Shown: positions 12,720 to 24,923 of the stretch, in pieces
Numbering within the stretch: position 1 is the first letter of the stretch
Layout: each line of letters opens with the position of its first letter
From: Macrostomum lignano
Lineage: Eukaryota
Length of the DNA: 64,000 nt
Assembly: GCA_002269645.1 (NCBI GenBank)
Contig: NIVC01001155.1
Span: 1 to 64,000, forward strand
Direction: 5' to 3'
Notes under the pieces: model-generated
What the model was told of the DNA's origin: nothing
The model's input: only the letters and a program-made list of their open reading frames with translations
Database searches by the model: none
Translations under genes and position numbers: made by a program

Positions 12720-13080
12720 CCGAGAGGAGAACTTGAAGACTATAAATGAAATTACTGCAGACTGCTGAGGGAACAAACTGCAAACTGCTGAGGGGGTTAA
12801 CTGCAGACTGCTTGAGAGGATAATGGCAGACTTCTGAGGAGGATAAATAACTATTGAGTTTTGAGAGGCCGCTAAGGGAATAAAGGCTTAATGCTAATGA
12901 ACATTGTAGACTGAAAAAGGGATAACTGCAGGCTTCTAAGAGTATGACTGCAGTCTGCTTTTCGGGATTAGAAGGGATAATTTCAGGTTGCTGTGGGGAT
13001 AACTGACGATTTCTGGAAAGGGGGATTTACTTTAAACTTCTTAGGCGATAATAGTAGCCGCCTAATGTCAGTTTGGGAGT
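12720..13080. repeat. Diverged ~22-26-bp repeat block (GGATAACTGCAGACTGCTGAG-like)
   Basis: Recurrent ACTGCAGAC/CTGCTGAGG motifs at short spacing. Confidence 0.6.
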
Positions 13081-13149
13081 GGTGCCAATCTGGGAATAGT
13101 AGTGCTGCTATTACTACTCCTCTTCGATAGTGGAGAGGAGTAGTGCTGA

Positions 13150-14550
13150 TCTGGGGGAGTGAGGCTAATCTGGGGAGTGGGGCTAAAATGGGGGAGTGAG
13201 GCTAATCTGGGGAGTGGGGCTAATATGGGGGAGTGGGGCTTATATGGGGGAGTGGGGCTAAAATGGGGGAGTGAGGCTAATCTGGGGAGTGGGGCTAATA
13301 TGGGGGAGTGGGGCTTATATGGGGGAGTGGGGCTAAAATGGGGGAGTGAGGCTAATATGGGGGAGTGGGGCTAAAATGAGGGAGTGAGGCTAATATAGGG
13401 GAGTGAGGCTAATATGGGGGAGTGAGGCTAATATGGGGGAGTGAGGCTTATCTGGGGAGTGAGGCTAATATGGGGGAGTGAGGCTAATATGGGGAGTGGG
13501 GCTAATATGGGCGAGTGAGGCTAATATGGGGAGTGGGGCTAATATGGGGGAGTGGGGCTAATATGGGGGAGTGAGGCTAATCTGGGGAGTGGGGCTAATA
13601 TGGAGGAGTGAGGCTAATATGGGGAGTGGGGCTAATATGGGGGAGTGAGGCTAATATGGGGGAGTGAGGCTAATCTGGGGAGTGGGGCTAATATGGGGGA
13701 GTGAGGCTAATCTGGGGAGTGGGGCTAATATGGGGGAGTGGGGCTAATATGGGGGAGTGGGGCTAAAATGGGGGAGTGAGGCTAATATGGGGGAGTGAGG
13801 CTTATCTGGGGGAGTGAGGCTAATATGGGGGAGTGAGGCTAATATGGGGAGTGGGGCTAATATGGGCGAGTGAGGCTAATATGGGGAGTGGGGCTAATAT
13901 GGGCGAGTGAGGCTAATATGGGAAGTGGGGCTAATATGGGGGAGTGAGGCTAATCTGGGGAGTGGGGCTAATATGGGGGAGTGGCTAATATGGAGGAGTG
14001 AGGCTAATATGGGGGAGTGAGGCTTATCTGGGGAGTGGGGCTAATATGAGGGAGTGAGGCTAATCTGGGGAGAGGGGCTAATATGGGGGAGTGAGGCTAA
14101 TCTAGGGAGAGGGGCTAATATGGGGGAGTGAGGCTAATATGGGGGAGTGGGGCTAAAATGGGGGAGTGAGGCTAATATGGGGAGTGGGGCTAATATGTGG
14201 GAGTGAGGCTTATATGGGGAGTGGGGCTAATATGGGGGAGTGAGGCTAATATGGGGGAGTGAGGCTAATATGGGGGAGTGAGGCTAATATGGGGAGTGAG
14301 GCTAATATGGGGAGTGGGGCTAATATGGGGGAGTGGGGCTAATATGGGGGAGTGAGGCTAATCTGGGGAGTGGGGCTAATATGGGGGAGTGGGGCTAAAA
14401 TGGGGGAGTGAGGCTAATATGGGGAGTGGGGCTAATATGGGGGAGTGGCTAATATGGGGAGTGGGGCTAATATGGGGGAGTGGCTAATATGGGGGAGTGG
14501 GGCTAATATGGGGGAGTTCTGATATAGGAAGAGTAGGGTAATATGGGGAG
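13150..14550. repeat. G-rich minisatellite, 19-21-bp unit GGGGAGTG(A/G)GGCTAAT(A/C)TG
   Basis: About 65-70 near-identical units with strong G/C strand asymmetry. Confidence 0.97.
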
Positions 14551-14899
14551 AATAGTGCTTAGCTGGGCGGTGTGGTGCTAATCTAGGTGAGCAGCACTAA
14601 TTTGGGGGAGCTGTGCTAATCTGACTTATTACAGTAAAGTAATAGGTATGAGAGAATTGCAAATCAATTGTTAATTGCAAGTTGCAAAAGTTTCAAATGG
14701 TTTTGATTTATTGAGAAGTATGTAGATTTGTGGCTATCTGCTCAGGTATTGTGCGAAACAGCGCTGGTGAACCATTGCTAAACTGTTAGTGAACCATCGC
14801 AAGTTTCTTTAATAAAAGCTATTTTAAAGAGAAGAAAACTCAATGAAAGAAAGAACGAAAAAATAATAACCAAAACAGAAGCGCCCTGTTGAATATAAG

Positions 14900-16970
14900 A
14901 CTCATTGGGAATTGCTAAGAGTCAAGGCTTACGGCGGAAATTGCTGAGATGTCAAGGCTGGAGGGGAATAGATGAAATGCTGTAATTCTTGGAGAGAATG
15001 CTATGATTTCAAGCTTCATTTGGAAAATTTCTGAGATGTCAGGCTCACGGGTGGGGTTTCTAGTATATCAAGGTTCATTGGAAAATTGCTTTGCTGTCAA
15101 GGCTCATGGAAACAATTACTGCAAATGCTGTGGTTGTTGGGGGAATTGCTAAAATGTCAAGGCTAATGCGGCGGTGACCTGCTGAGTTTAGGTCTCATTG
15201 GGGAATATCTGGAATGCTTTAGCTCAAGGCCCTATGGGAGCTGCTGAGATGCCAAGACTTATGTGGTGAATTACTGAAATGCTTTTGCTCATGGGAAATT
15301 GCTGAAATGCTGATGCTTCAGAAGGATTAGGGTTAAGTTAGGGCTAGGATTAATCCATAAAAGAATCCCCTTGTCGACTGACTAAAAAAGTCTTATGAAT
15401 GGAAGAATTGCTATTGCCCAGTGGTCAAGCCGGTGCTCTGATGCTCCAGAGTCCCAGGCTCGATTCAAAGTGCAGTCACATTAATTTGGGGCTGAATTGG
15501 AATCTCGGCTTGGCTCTGCTCGTTCAATCAACGCCCTTGAGGGCCAACCCCCCAAGGCGCAGTGAAGTGTACATACGTAAATAAAGTTAGGGCCGCTGTA
15601 CACTCCTGTGTGAGGGTGTGCCTGTGCGTGTGACTGCGTACGTATCCGCGCGCTTGTGTGCCTGCTCAGGGGAGTCAATGCCTCTCGCTGGTTGTGCGAC
15701 AATGTCGCTTAAAGTGCGCCAGGTCCTGCCTCTAATAAAAAATTGGTCGCAAAAAACTTTTCATTATCAAAGCGATTTTACTCGCACTAAATGACAAGGA
15801 TCTTCAAAACTTTTTAGAGATTATATTGGAGATATAAACGTCATTATTGGTAGCTCAAAGCGTCTTCATCGCTTGTTTGATTGCTATTCCAAGAAGATAT
15901 AATTCGCCTTTTCTACATTAGACAACGTATGAAAATTCCTGCGAAAGCTTCGCAAATGAAATTACACTATTGCCATAAGCATGTTTGTCAATTTTCACAC
16001 TTAATTTACTTAGTGGAATCTGATCTGGATACTGCAGTTGGCACCCATGCAGTTTTATACAGAATTGTAGTTTAAATTGTGCAAATTCCGTTAGAGTCAG
16101 TTTTTCCCAATCTAAACACAGTTAAAGCTTGATATTTGAGCAAAATTCAGATCCGGTTGTAAAACGCAAATAAGTAATCTACATACAGCAGCATTTTTAC
16201 TTGTGAGAGTTGGCATCCGGCATCGGGTTGGTGCGACATGCAAACATTTATTTTGGCAAATGCAAACGGTGCTGACTAAAAGTTTTCCCAGTGCGTTCAG
16301 TTGTTATGGACGCTGCAAAGTGGAGAAACTATCTTATATTGAAATTAAAATTGGTCTGCTGAATCGATAACCACATTCGGCTAATCATTATTCACTCGTC
16401 AGCGTATAAAAGCTTGATAGAAAAGCTCTCCGATATTTCTTATATTCCTGTTCTCTGACCGGAAATCGACATTTTCATTGGTACATGGATTCGTTGCCTG
16501 AACGGCAAAGGGACCCTGCAAAATGCTGTGGCTCATGGGGGAATTGCTTGAAATTTCGATTCTTATGAGGGAGCTGCCTTAAATGTTGAGGCTCAAGACT
16601 TATGGGGGAATTGCTTGAAATTTCGATCCTTATGAGGGAGCTGCCTAAATGTTGAGGCTCAAGACTTATGGGGGAATTGCTTGAAATTTCGATTCTTATG
16701 AGGGAGCTGCCTAAATGTTGAGGCTCAAGACTTATGGGGGAATTGCTAAGATGCTAAGACTCATGGAATAATCGCCTTGTCAACCATAAAAGACTTATGG
16801 GGAAATTCCTAAGCTTTCAATTCTTGTGGTGGCTTTCTAAGATGTCAAGGCTCGCGAGGTAAATTGTTAAGATGTCGAGGAAGGGTCATGGGCGAATGGC
16901 TAACATGTGAAGGGTTGTGGGTTAAAGGGACCTTGCTGAGATGTCAAAATTTTTTGTTGAGATGTCAGCT
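14900..16970. repeat. Diverged GGGAATTGCTGAGATGTCAAGGCT-type repeat block, interrupted at ~15410-16520, with a ~66-bp triplication at ~16530-16750; resumes at 21720-21890
   Basis: Motif visible repeatedly on both sides of the insertions. Confidence 0.75.
15413..15587 (+). mobile_element. Possible tRNA-derived SINE
   Basis: A-box-like TTGCCCAGTGG and B-box-like GGCTCGATTC; ends in AAATAAAGT; no TSD found. Confidence 0.35.
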
Positions 16971-17059
16971 GGCAAAGTAAAAATGAAAAGCGTGGTCATG
17001 TAAAACAAAAAGGAAGCGCCGTGTCAGACATGAAAGAATGGCGTAATGTAAAAATAAAA

Positions 17060-17310
17060 GAAGCATCATGTAAGACATAAAGGAAGCCTAGCTCATATAA
17101 AAAAGAAGGCATCATGTCAGCCATAAAAGAAGCGTCATGTCAGCCATACAAGAAGCATCATGTCAGCCATACAAGAAGCGTCATGTCAGCCATACAAGAA
17201 GCGTCATGTCAGCCATACAAGAAGCGTCATGTCAGCCATACAAGAAGCATCATGTCAGCCATACAAGAAGCGTCATGTCAGCCATAAAAGAAATATCATG
17301 TCAGTCATTT
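17060..17310. repeat. 22-bp minisatellite (CATACAAGAAGCGTCATGTCAGC-like); continues at 21200-21720 and 22420-22525
   Basis: Same unit on both sides of the 17310-21170 insertion. Confidence 0.9.
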
Positions 17311-20300
17311 GATGGGTTTCGGCCTTTTCGGCTTCTTTGGGAAAAGCCTTCGGGCCTCAGGTCTCAGAAATGAATCAATTAGAGAGTTCCCCCTTTCACT
17401 CCTGTCAGATGTCAGCCCCACGGTAACTTGATCGTGTGGCGAGCAGTCTGGTCCTATAGCTAAGAGAGTGACAGCGAGAGACAAGCAGTGAGAATTTTGA
17501 AGGTAGAGATCAGCTAATCCGCAGATTAACTAATCCGCTGCCACCAGCCTGTGCGTGTAGAGTGCTATACCTCCCAAGAAAAGTCATACAAATTGTTAAC
17601 GTACTACTTATAAGTTTTATTCAGTAGTATAGTGAGTAGCATGTATAAAAATAAGTACTGAATCACACGCGCAATTTTAGTCAACCAATAAGAAGAGAGG
17701 AATCTCGAGCATGCCAATTTTAGAAATCATCCAATCACGTGCGACCCACAACTGTCAACTCAGACCCCACCGTCAAGTCATCATTTGGTTTGCACTCGGG
17801 TTGCACCCGGATGAACCAATCAAAGACTACCAACTACGGTAACCAATCATGCGCTTTTACAGTAGACTAGTTGCGCAACTTTCCGCCCTATCATGCTTGA
17901 CAGCCACCAAAATGTGACCTTTTGACATTTGCGAAAAAGTGATGGACGACCTCGAAGGAGGTCCATTTGCCTATAAATACAAGTGGTCCGAAGCGGACCC
18001 GGAGCCAAGAAACCGACCTCAGGAAGGAGAAGAGCTCCGAAGAGGAAGCCTTAGGAGGACTTCCTGCAGACCAAGTCAATCGAGACTCGGCTGAGTCTTT
18101 CGGTAAGCCTTGCTCATTTGCGCCCGTCGTTTGAGTCGACTCGTTATTGTTATTGTGTTAGAGTCTGTTGAGACTCTTGAGTCTATTGAGACTCCATTGG
18201 TTGTAGTCTCCAGAAGGACTACCCTGATAGATCTTAGAGGACTATCAGTGATTACCGGAGCTATACCTAGAGTGCATTGAAGCACTGCTAGAAGAAGAAG
18301 GCTTATTTGAAACCGCAGTTTGGCGCAGGGATCCCATTGATAATTTGAAGCTTCTGATTGGTCCGAACGACAGATACCGGCCGGAAACGACTTCATTGGA
18401 AGTAAAGAGGAACCTGGACCAGGACAACTAAATCTAGACGTCTAAACCGATTGAGACCGAGAACTACGCACAGGACGATATCTACTGATCAGGACTCAAG
18501 GTAATAGTTACATGTACCTTCATTTGATTACTGGGTTGCCTAGCTAAGTGCTAGAAGTGATTGTTCTTTGATTACCGAGAAAGGTCTCAGTAATAAGAAA
18601 CACATCGTGCGTCCTGGCTCACCACACCGGGACTCTCGAAATCGGGCTTCCGACTAGAAGGGGCTTTGCACTTACCTGCCAACTAGTGTCTTTCTTCTGT
18701 CAATCTCGAAGTCATAGCCGATGTTAAGGGACACTGCTGGGACTTGATCGCATTGGCCATGCAGGTACAGAGGGGACTTGTGCAGGGGATTCTTGCAGTG
18801 GCGAGACTATGGGGTAGCTACATGTACTATTACATTGCTAAATACGAAGAATTGTACTTTTGGCCTTCAACGCGCCAACTAGCCTCTCATAGCGCTAATG
18901 ATAGGCTAACTCGAACCTCAGAGACCGCCTGATTCATTACCCGAGCCGCTTGGCTAACCTAGAGTGCACAAAGTACATCTCTGGCGCCGATTTTGCACTA
19001 TTGGCAATTTCGCTAACTGATTTGATAGATTGATCCACTGAGAACTACCTTGCCATTGGTCTACTATGACCGGCGCCTACTAGCTTAGCTACTCATCTGA
19101 GCCATCGGCGAACAAAGAAATAAAACCGATAAAAATAACTGTCAGATTTAACCTTCTCCTTAGATCACTTCACACTTCAGATTGAATTGGAGTTTTAGAC
19201 TACTAGCAGTATTATTGAATGATCTCTGCTTCAACAACAGTACTACTGAACAAAAAGAGCAAAAGTGTGCGCCTAATCCAGCTACTGAAATAGGGGACAG
19301 ATAAGGGATCACCCAATCAAGCAAGTCTAGGTAGCCTCTCACCCAACCAATCAGAAACTCAACAGCCGGAGACCAGGTAATCCACAGTGACCGAATCGGC
19401 TTAGTGCTTCGCAGCTGTAGACCCGGGATGATGCTGACACAATTCTCGCAATTAGCTAGCAGGTGATGATCTTAACCTCGATGATTGTTGCAATCAACCG
19501 GGGGACACGTCCTTGATGATGAGGGGGGTTGTCAAAGTCCGGGGATCAAGAGACGACAGTCGGGTGTCGGTTAAGCCGAGGTAAGAGCCGGTGACCTGTA
19601 GGCCACAAGTTGAGTCCGAGCGGGCCAAGAACACCGGTTAAAATAGCCGTCAACTGGACCGCAGTTTGTTAAAATGGAAAACCTCGACGCTGATTGGCTG
19701 AGCCGATTTGTTATAACTGACGTCGAATTTTCTGATTGGCTGAGCTTGTTGCCACCCAAAGTCACGTGACCGGGAGATCCTATCAGTTCCCTCGGGGCCA
19801 TAAAAATGCGCCAGGTGTTGTCATAAATCACTCAAAATCGCTACGTTACGATTTATGACCTTTCGCGTAGGAATTACAAAAATTAATGAAAAATATGCAT
19901 TGGAAAGATCTCATTAAGTGAGAGTGAGGATGGTGAAGAGAAATCGATAGTCGCTCATCCTAAAGTACTTTTTGGGGTAAAACACATTGCTGTCAAAGCT
20001 GTCACACGCTTGAGTGAACACGAACAATAGGCCCTGATCATATAGCACAAAGCATATATTGCTAAATCATATAGCTACAAAAATCCTACTAGTATGAATT
20101 TTAGGAAAATTACACAAAAAGAAGTAGAACACCCATAGCCTGCTATCGGTAGGCTAACAAGTTTGGAATGAAGTACTTAGGGTTGTCTCTAGGTGGCCTG
20201 GTAGGTCTTTGAATCCCACCGCTGCCACCAGTGAAGTAGACTGGGTTTTCTTCCCGGTTTAGGCACTTAAGATTACCTTAAGTTTCGAGCCTCTTCAGTG

Positions 20301-21170
20301 GGAAGTTCTTTTAGCTCTCTCAGTAGCGTAGGTAGTGCTGCCACCAGTTCCTTCAGGTCTCGGCCTTCGGTGAGGTGAGCTTCCCGTCGGAACGAAATAA
20401 TGAAGTCAACGAACACAGCACGACGTGCAGATTTGCAGCTCAACGTATAAGGCGTCTCGTCAGCAGCACCTGCCGGGCTTGGAGGGTACAGGGAGGGCTG
20501 AGTTAGCCTCTCGTAGGCTTGGGGTGTGCTTTAATAGGGTCTCAGTCAGACCAATAAGAACAGATTCAATAAACACAGTCGGGCGCTCAGTTCAGACGCT
20601 AACGCACACAGGTCTTAGAACTCGGGAATCAAGAACTGACACTAAGCAGAAACTCAATACCAGAAACTCCTTGACGGAAACAAGGGGGAGAGGGCTCCTA
20701 TTTATAGCCGGGAAACGCCCGCGCGCAAGACCTCGTGACTTGTTCTATTTTTAGAACTGACGTCACTTGAGAGTCCCCCGGCAGAGTGCACATGGCTGTG
20801 ACTCAGTTGCTATTTTTAGCAACATGAGTCACTCCTCTCCTTAGAGAAGGGAGGGGTCCGAAAGCATGTGACTCACCCGGTAAACAGGGCCAACGAGTGC
20901 AGTAAACATGTTTACTGCACTTTAAGACTCAAAGAACGCAAGAACTGACAGAGGAAAACAGGACGGAAACGAAACAGAGACAGCCCGCAGTCGAGAGACT
21001 GAGGGCTGAGAACGGAGACGCAGCAGGGCGGAAAGGGACACGGGGGCAACAGGCAACGAAAGGGGGGCGGGAAGCTGACCAGCGGCAGACAGCAACCCAA
21101 AGGGAGGGCAAGGGAACGGCTGACAAGGGCGACGCCTAACCATAAACTAGCGGCTCACTACAGAAACCCA
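17311..21170. mobile_element. Non-coding mosaic of LTR-like segments with tRNA-Leu primer-binding sites, inserted into the 22-bp minisatellite
   Basis: Plus-oriented LTR-like block ~17594-18512 (TGTTAAC..GTTACA ends, CCAAT boxes, TATAAATA ~17972). Minus-oriented U3-like block ~19600-19800. Minus LTR 20232-21162. PBS-like matches at 17535-17546, 20211-20230 and 20337-20346. No gag/pol recognisable. Confidence 0.55.
20211..21162 (-). mobile_element. LTR (20232-21162, TG..CA) followed by tRNA-Leu PBS (20211-20230)
   Basis: Plus strand GAATCCCACCGCTGCCACCA equals the 3' 20 nt (including CCA) of eukaryotic tRNA-Leu(AAG/TAG type). The minus strand reads TGTAGTGAG...CTACTTCA-C-TGGTGGCAGCGGTGGGATTC, with a TATA box (CTATAAATAG) near 20700. 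Confidence 0.7.
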
Positions 21171-22817
21171 TGTGCGAGCGTGAGATTTGGAAAAAAGTGC
21201 GTCCTCATCACATAAAAGAAGCCTCATGTGAAAAAAAGAAAGCGTCATACCAGCCACAAAAAAGTATCATGTCAGCCATACAAGAAGTGTCATGTAAAAA
21301 ATAAAAGAAGCGTCATGTAAAAAATATCAGAAGCGTCATGTCAGAATAAAGGAAACGTCATATAGAGCATAAAATTATCATGTGAATCATAAAAGTAGCA
21401 GCCTTTAAAATACAAAAGAAGCGTCATGCCAGACATTAAAGAAGAATCGTTTAAAAATAAAATACATCACGTCAGACATACAAGAAGAGTCATGTAAAAA
21501 AGCATCATATAAAAGTTAAAGAAAGCATCATGTAAAAAAATAAAAAATCATAATGTCAGACATGACAGAAGCATTTTGCCACACATAACCGAAGCGTCAT
21601 GTAAAGATAAGAGGCACTATGCGAGACAAAAGAAGTGTCATATCAGAAATTAAAGAAGTGTCATGTAACAAAAGGATTGTCATATCAATCTTGTCAAAAA
21701 TAAAATAAGTGTCATGTAGTTTTGGGGAATTGCTGAGATGTCAAGGCTTGGCTTGGGAGATTTCAAGGCTTACTGAGGGAATTGCTGAGATGTTAAGGCT
21801 TGAAGAGAATTGCTGAGATGGCAAGGCTTGAAGAGAATTGCTGAGATGGCAAGGCTTGAAGAAAATTGCTGAGATGATAAGGCTGTGGTAAGAAGCTACG
21901 TGTAGTTTATTTAAAAAAGGTATTCTCGTACATTCTTTGTTGGCTCCCCATAGACGGGCCGCTGATTGCTAGTCTTCTCTATGATTATGCGATAGATTTC
22001 AGAAAAAACGGCTCAACCGATTTTCTTCAAACTTGCACCATACGATCAGAAATTTTCCTGTGACGGTACATGCATCGTGGCTAAGAAATTGCTCGATGCT
22101 AAAGGGATTATTAAATATTCGAAAAACATGCTTTTTGCAAAGGATGAAAATGGGATGAAGTTGAATGAAAATTGAAATTGATTCTGGCTGACTGAGAAAT
22201 GGATTATATCATAGTTTTAACTCTAACCGGGTGCCGACATAGTGTAAGTACTCGTATCACATTATAAGGACCAAAATTAATATTTTCCAATTAACTAGAA
22301 ATAACCTAGATGTGAACAGACTAGACTGCTAATGTAGCGACCTGGGTTCGAATCTTTGTGGTGTAAAATACTTTTTTTAATAAAAAAGCTTATAGACACA
22401 AAAATGCTAAACATAATAACAACCGTCATGTAAAGCATAAAAGAGGCACCATGTCAAACATAAAAGAGGCACCATGTCAAATATAAAAGAGGCACCATGT
22501 CAAACATAAAAGAGGCGTCATGTCTTTTAAGTATATGAATTATAAGTGCAAAAATTCATTTTATATATTCGATGAGGGCTAGCCTGGGTGTGAGCTGACT
22601 GATTATGGCGCTAGCTGAGACATAGATTATTGCACTAGCTTAGAAAGTTGTTATTACAATACATGAGAAAAGCATTATTGCACTGGCTGAGAAAATTATT
22701 TGCGGTAGCTAAGACATCGATTATTGCACTAGCTTAGAAAAAGAATATTATTGTACCAGAGAAGGCGAATATTGCATTAGCTGAGGAAATTGTAGCACTA
22801 GCTACTTGTTGTCTGGT

Positions 22818-23990
22818 GGATGCTTGCTATCTGGGGGATGATTGCTATCTGGGGGATGCTTGCTTTCTGGGAAATGCTTGCTATCGGCTGACAGTGTTGG
22901 GCAAGTTACTCAAAAAAAGTAACTTGCGTTACTGTAACTTAAGTTACCAATTTTTAATAAGTAACTTACGTTAGCCTAGTAACTTTAGACAAAAACCTGG
23001 TAACTTTTAAGTTACTGTCCGTTACTCACTTCCGTTACCCATGTTATTAACAAAATTTTCTGCTTTTTTCACATTGCACATTTTTTTACATTGTTGTTAC
23101 CGAAATTTGCCATTGGGCATTGGGATTAACCGATTACCAGACAGAGACAGGAATTGGCGACATGATGTGAGGCAAGTAGAAGGACCAATGGGCAATGGCA
23201 ACAATAATTAAAATTATAAATGATAAAATGAACGAATATCAATAATTCAATAGAGTAAAATAAATAGAACTGTATAAAATGGTGTAGTGTACTGCAGTGC
23301 CAGTGGAGGGACTTGTGGAGGCTACAGATGAATTTCTTTCTTTGGTTGTTTGTTTGAATCAAACTTGAAAATTTTTAGTAACGAAAATGAAAGGCGAAAA
23401 TATTTTACCGAAATTAACAAAGTAAAACATGTTTCAAGTATTTCTTCATTAATTAAGCGCAATACCATATGATACTATTCACTTAGTTTTGAATTTAGGA
23501 ATGAAAAATGCAAAAACATGTGACAACCGGCGTAATAGCTAAGCATTTCAGTTTTAAATTTAAATATTGCGATTGTTGCAAAGTAACTGTAACGGACTTC
23601 TGAAATTTGAGTAACTTACCGTTACTCCGTTACTAAAATAAAAAAGTAACTTGCGTAAGGAACGCTTTACGAAAAAGTAACTTGCGTTACCATTTGCAAG
23701 TTACTCGGTAACGGAAGTGCCCAACACTGTCGGCTGATGCTTGCTATCTGGGGGATGCTCGCTTTCTGGGGGATGCTTGCTATCTGGGGGATGCTTGCTA
23801 TCTGGGAAATGCTTGCTATCGGCTGATGCTTGCTATCTGGGGGATGCTTGCTGTCTAGGGAATGCTTGCTGTCTGGGGGATGCTTGCTATCTGGGGGATG
23901 CTTGCTATCGGGGGATGCTTGCTGTCTGGGGGATGCTTGCTGTCTGGGGTTGCTTGCTATCGGGGGATGCTTGCTGCCTGGGGGATGCTT
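22818..23990. repeat. ~19-20-bp minisatellite GGGGGATGCTTGCT(A/G)TCT, split by a hAT MITE
   Basis: Units at 22818-22891 and 23730-23990. Confidence 0.9.
22892..23729. mobile_element. Non-autonomous hAT-type element (838 bp)
   Basis: TIRs CAGTGTTGGGCA / TGCCCAACACTG; 8-bp TSD TCGGCTGA (22884-22891, 23730-23737); GTAAC/GTTAC subterminal repeats. Confidence 0.93.
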
Positions 23991-24673
23991 TCGACTTAAG
24001 GGGAATGCCTGTTATCTTTGTGAAAGCCTTTTTTGTTGTGCACTTTTGTTACTTTGAGAAAAAAGGGATTCAATGATAATGAGAGAGACAATGATACTCG
24101 AATAAGATGATTTATAAAAGTGAAGAAGGAATCAGTTCTTAAGAAAATGTGCTTTTTAATGGAGTTGCATGAAAAAATTTGCTCCTTGCTTATTGGGCGC
24201 CCCCTTCGGGGGGCACTAGATTGCTAGTAGTACATTCTAAAAATAATTCTCCTTTCTCAGCTCGACGCGAACGTGTCCTGCAGCTGTCAGAAGAAAAGTC
24301 GCTACGTGACTGGATGAGTCATCTGACACAGAATGAGCTCATTGCTCAAACTACTGCTGTTCATTGATCAAACATGGAACTGAGTCACTGACCGAATGCT
24401 GCACAAGTTACCGTATGGTGGAGAAACAGTTTAATAAAAATGGAGCTATAGAAACCTACGTCGTACTAACAGCAGTACATATTTCTCAAACGTAATGCAC
24501 TACTTACAGTAGCTTAGATAAACAACGTCTAATTTGGTTGCCAGGCTCAGGTTAAGCTTGCTGAAGTCCCAAAACCCAAAACTTTATCTGCCGCGGTAAT
24601 TACTTAATTACTGGTACACTTTTTCGATCTTAAAAGGTAAAAAGTCAGAGAGTTCTGGAACAAGAGTTAATAT

Positions 24674-24717
24674 CAGGGACAACTAAAACTACTAAACTGT
24701 AGTTTTAGTTGTCCCTG
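24674..24717. repeat. Perfect 44-bp hairpin (19-bp arms, 6-nt loop)
   Basis: CAGGGACAACTAAAACTAC-TAAACT-GTAGTTTTAGTTGTCCCTG. Confidence 0.9.
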
Positions 24718-24923
24718 GAGTCGATATGTTTTTGTCGTGAAAAAAATAAAATAGGGGTACTTTTAATGGTTATTTCTACGGATTAAGATCGGCGCCAGAA
24801 TAAAACTTCTTTTCAACCCATGCAATGCATCGACAAAATCTGTATTAAAATGGCTTCTGTACCTTGTTTACAATGCTTTTTGAAAGCCATCTTCTTATTT
24901 TCTTAGTAACAACAAAATTTAGT

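Noticed and set aside
15588-16518. Possible hAT element TAGGGCC..GACCCTG
   Set aside because: TIR match is poor and there is no TSD.
20211-20230. tRNA-Leu gene
   Set aside because: Only the 3' 20 nt including CCA are present, adjacent to an LTR end; this is a PBS, not a tRNA gene.
17313-21171. ATGGGTTTC / GAAACCCAT terminal inverted repeat around the 3.9-kb insertion
   Set aside because: Only 9 bp with no TSD; the LTR/PBS features explain the block better.
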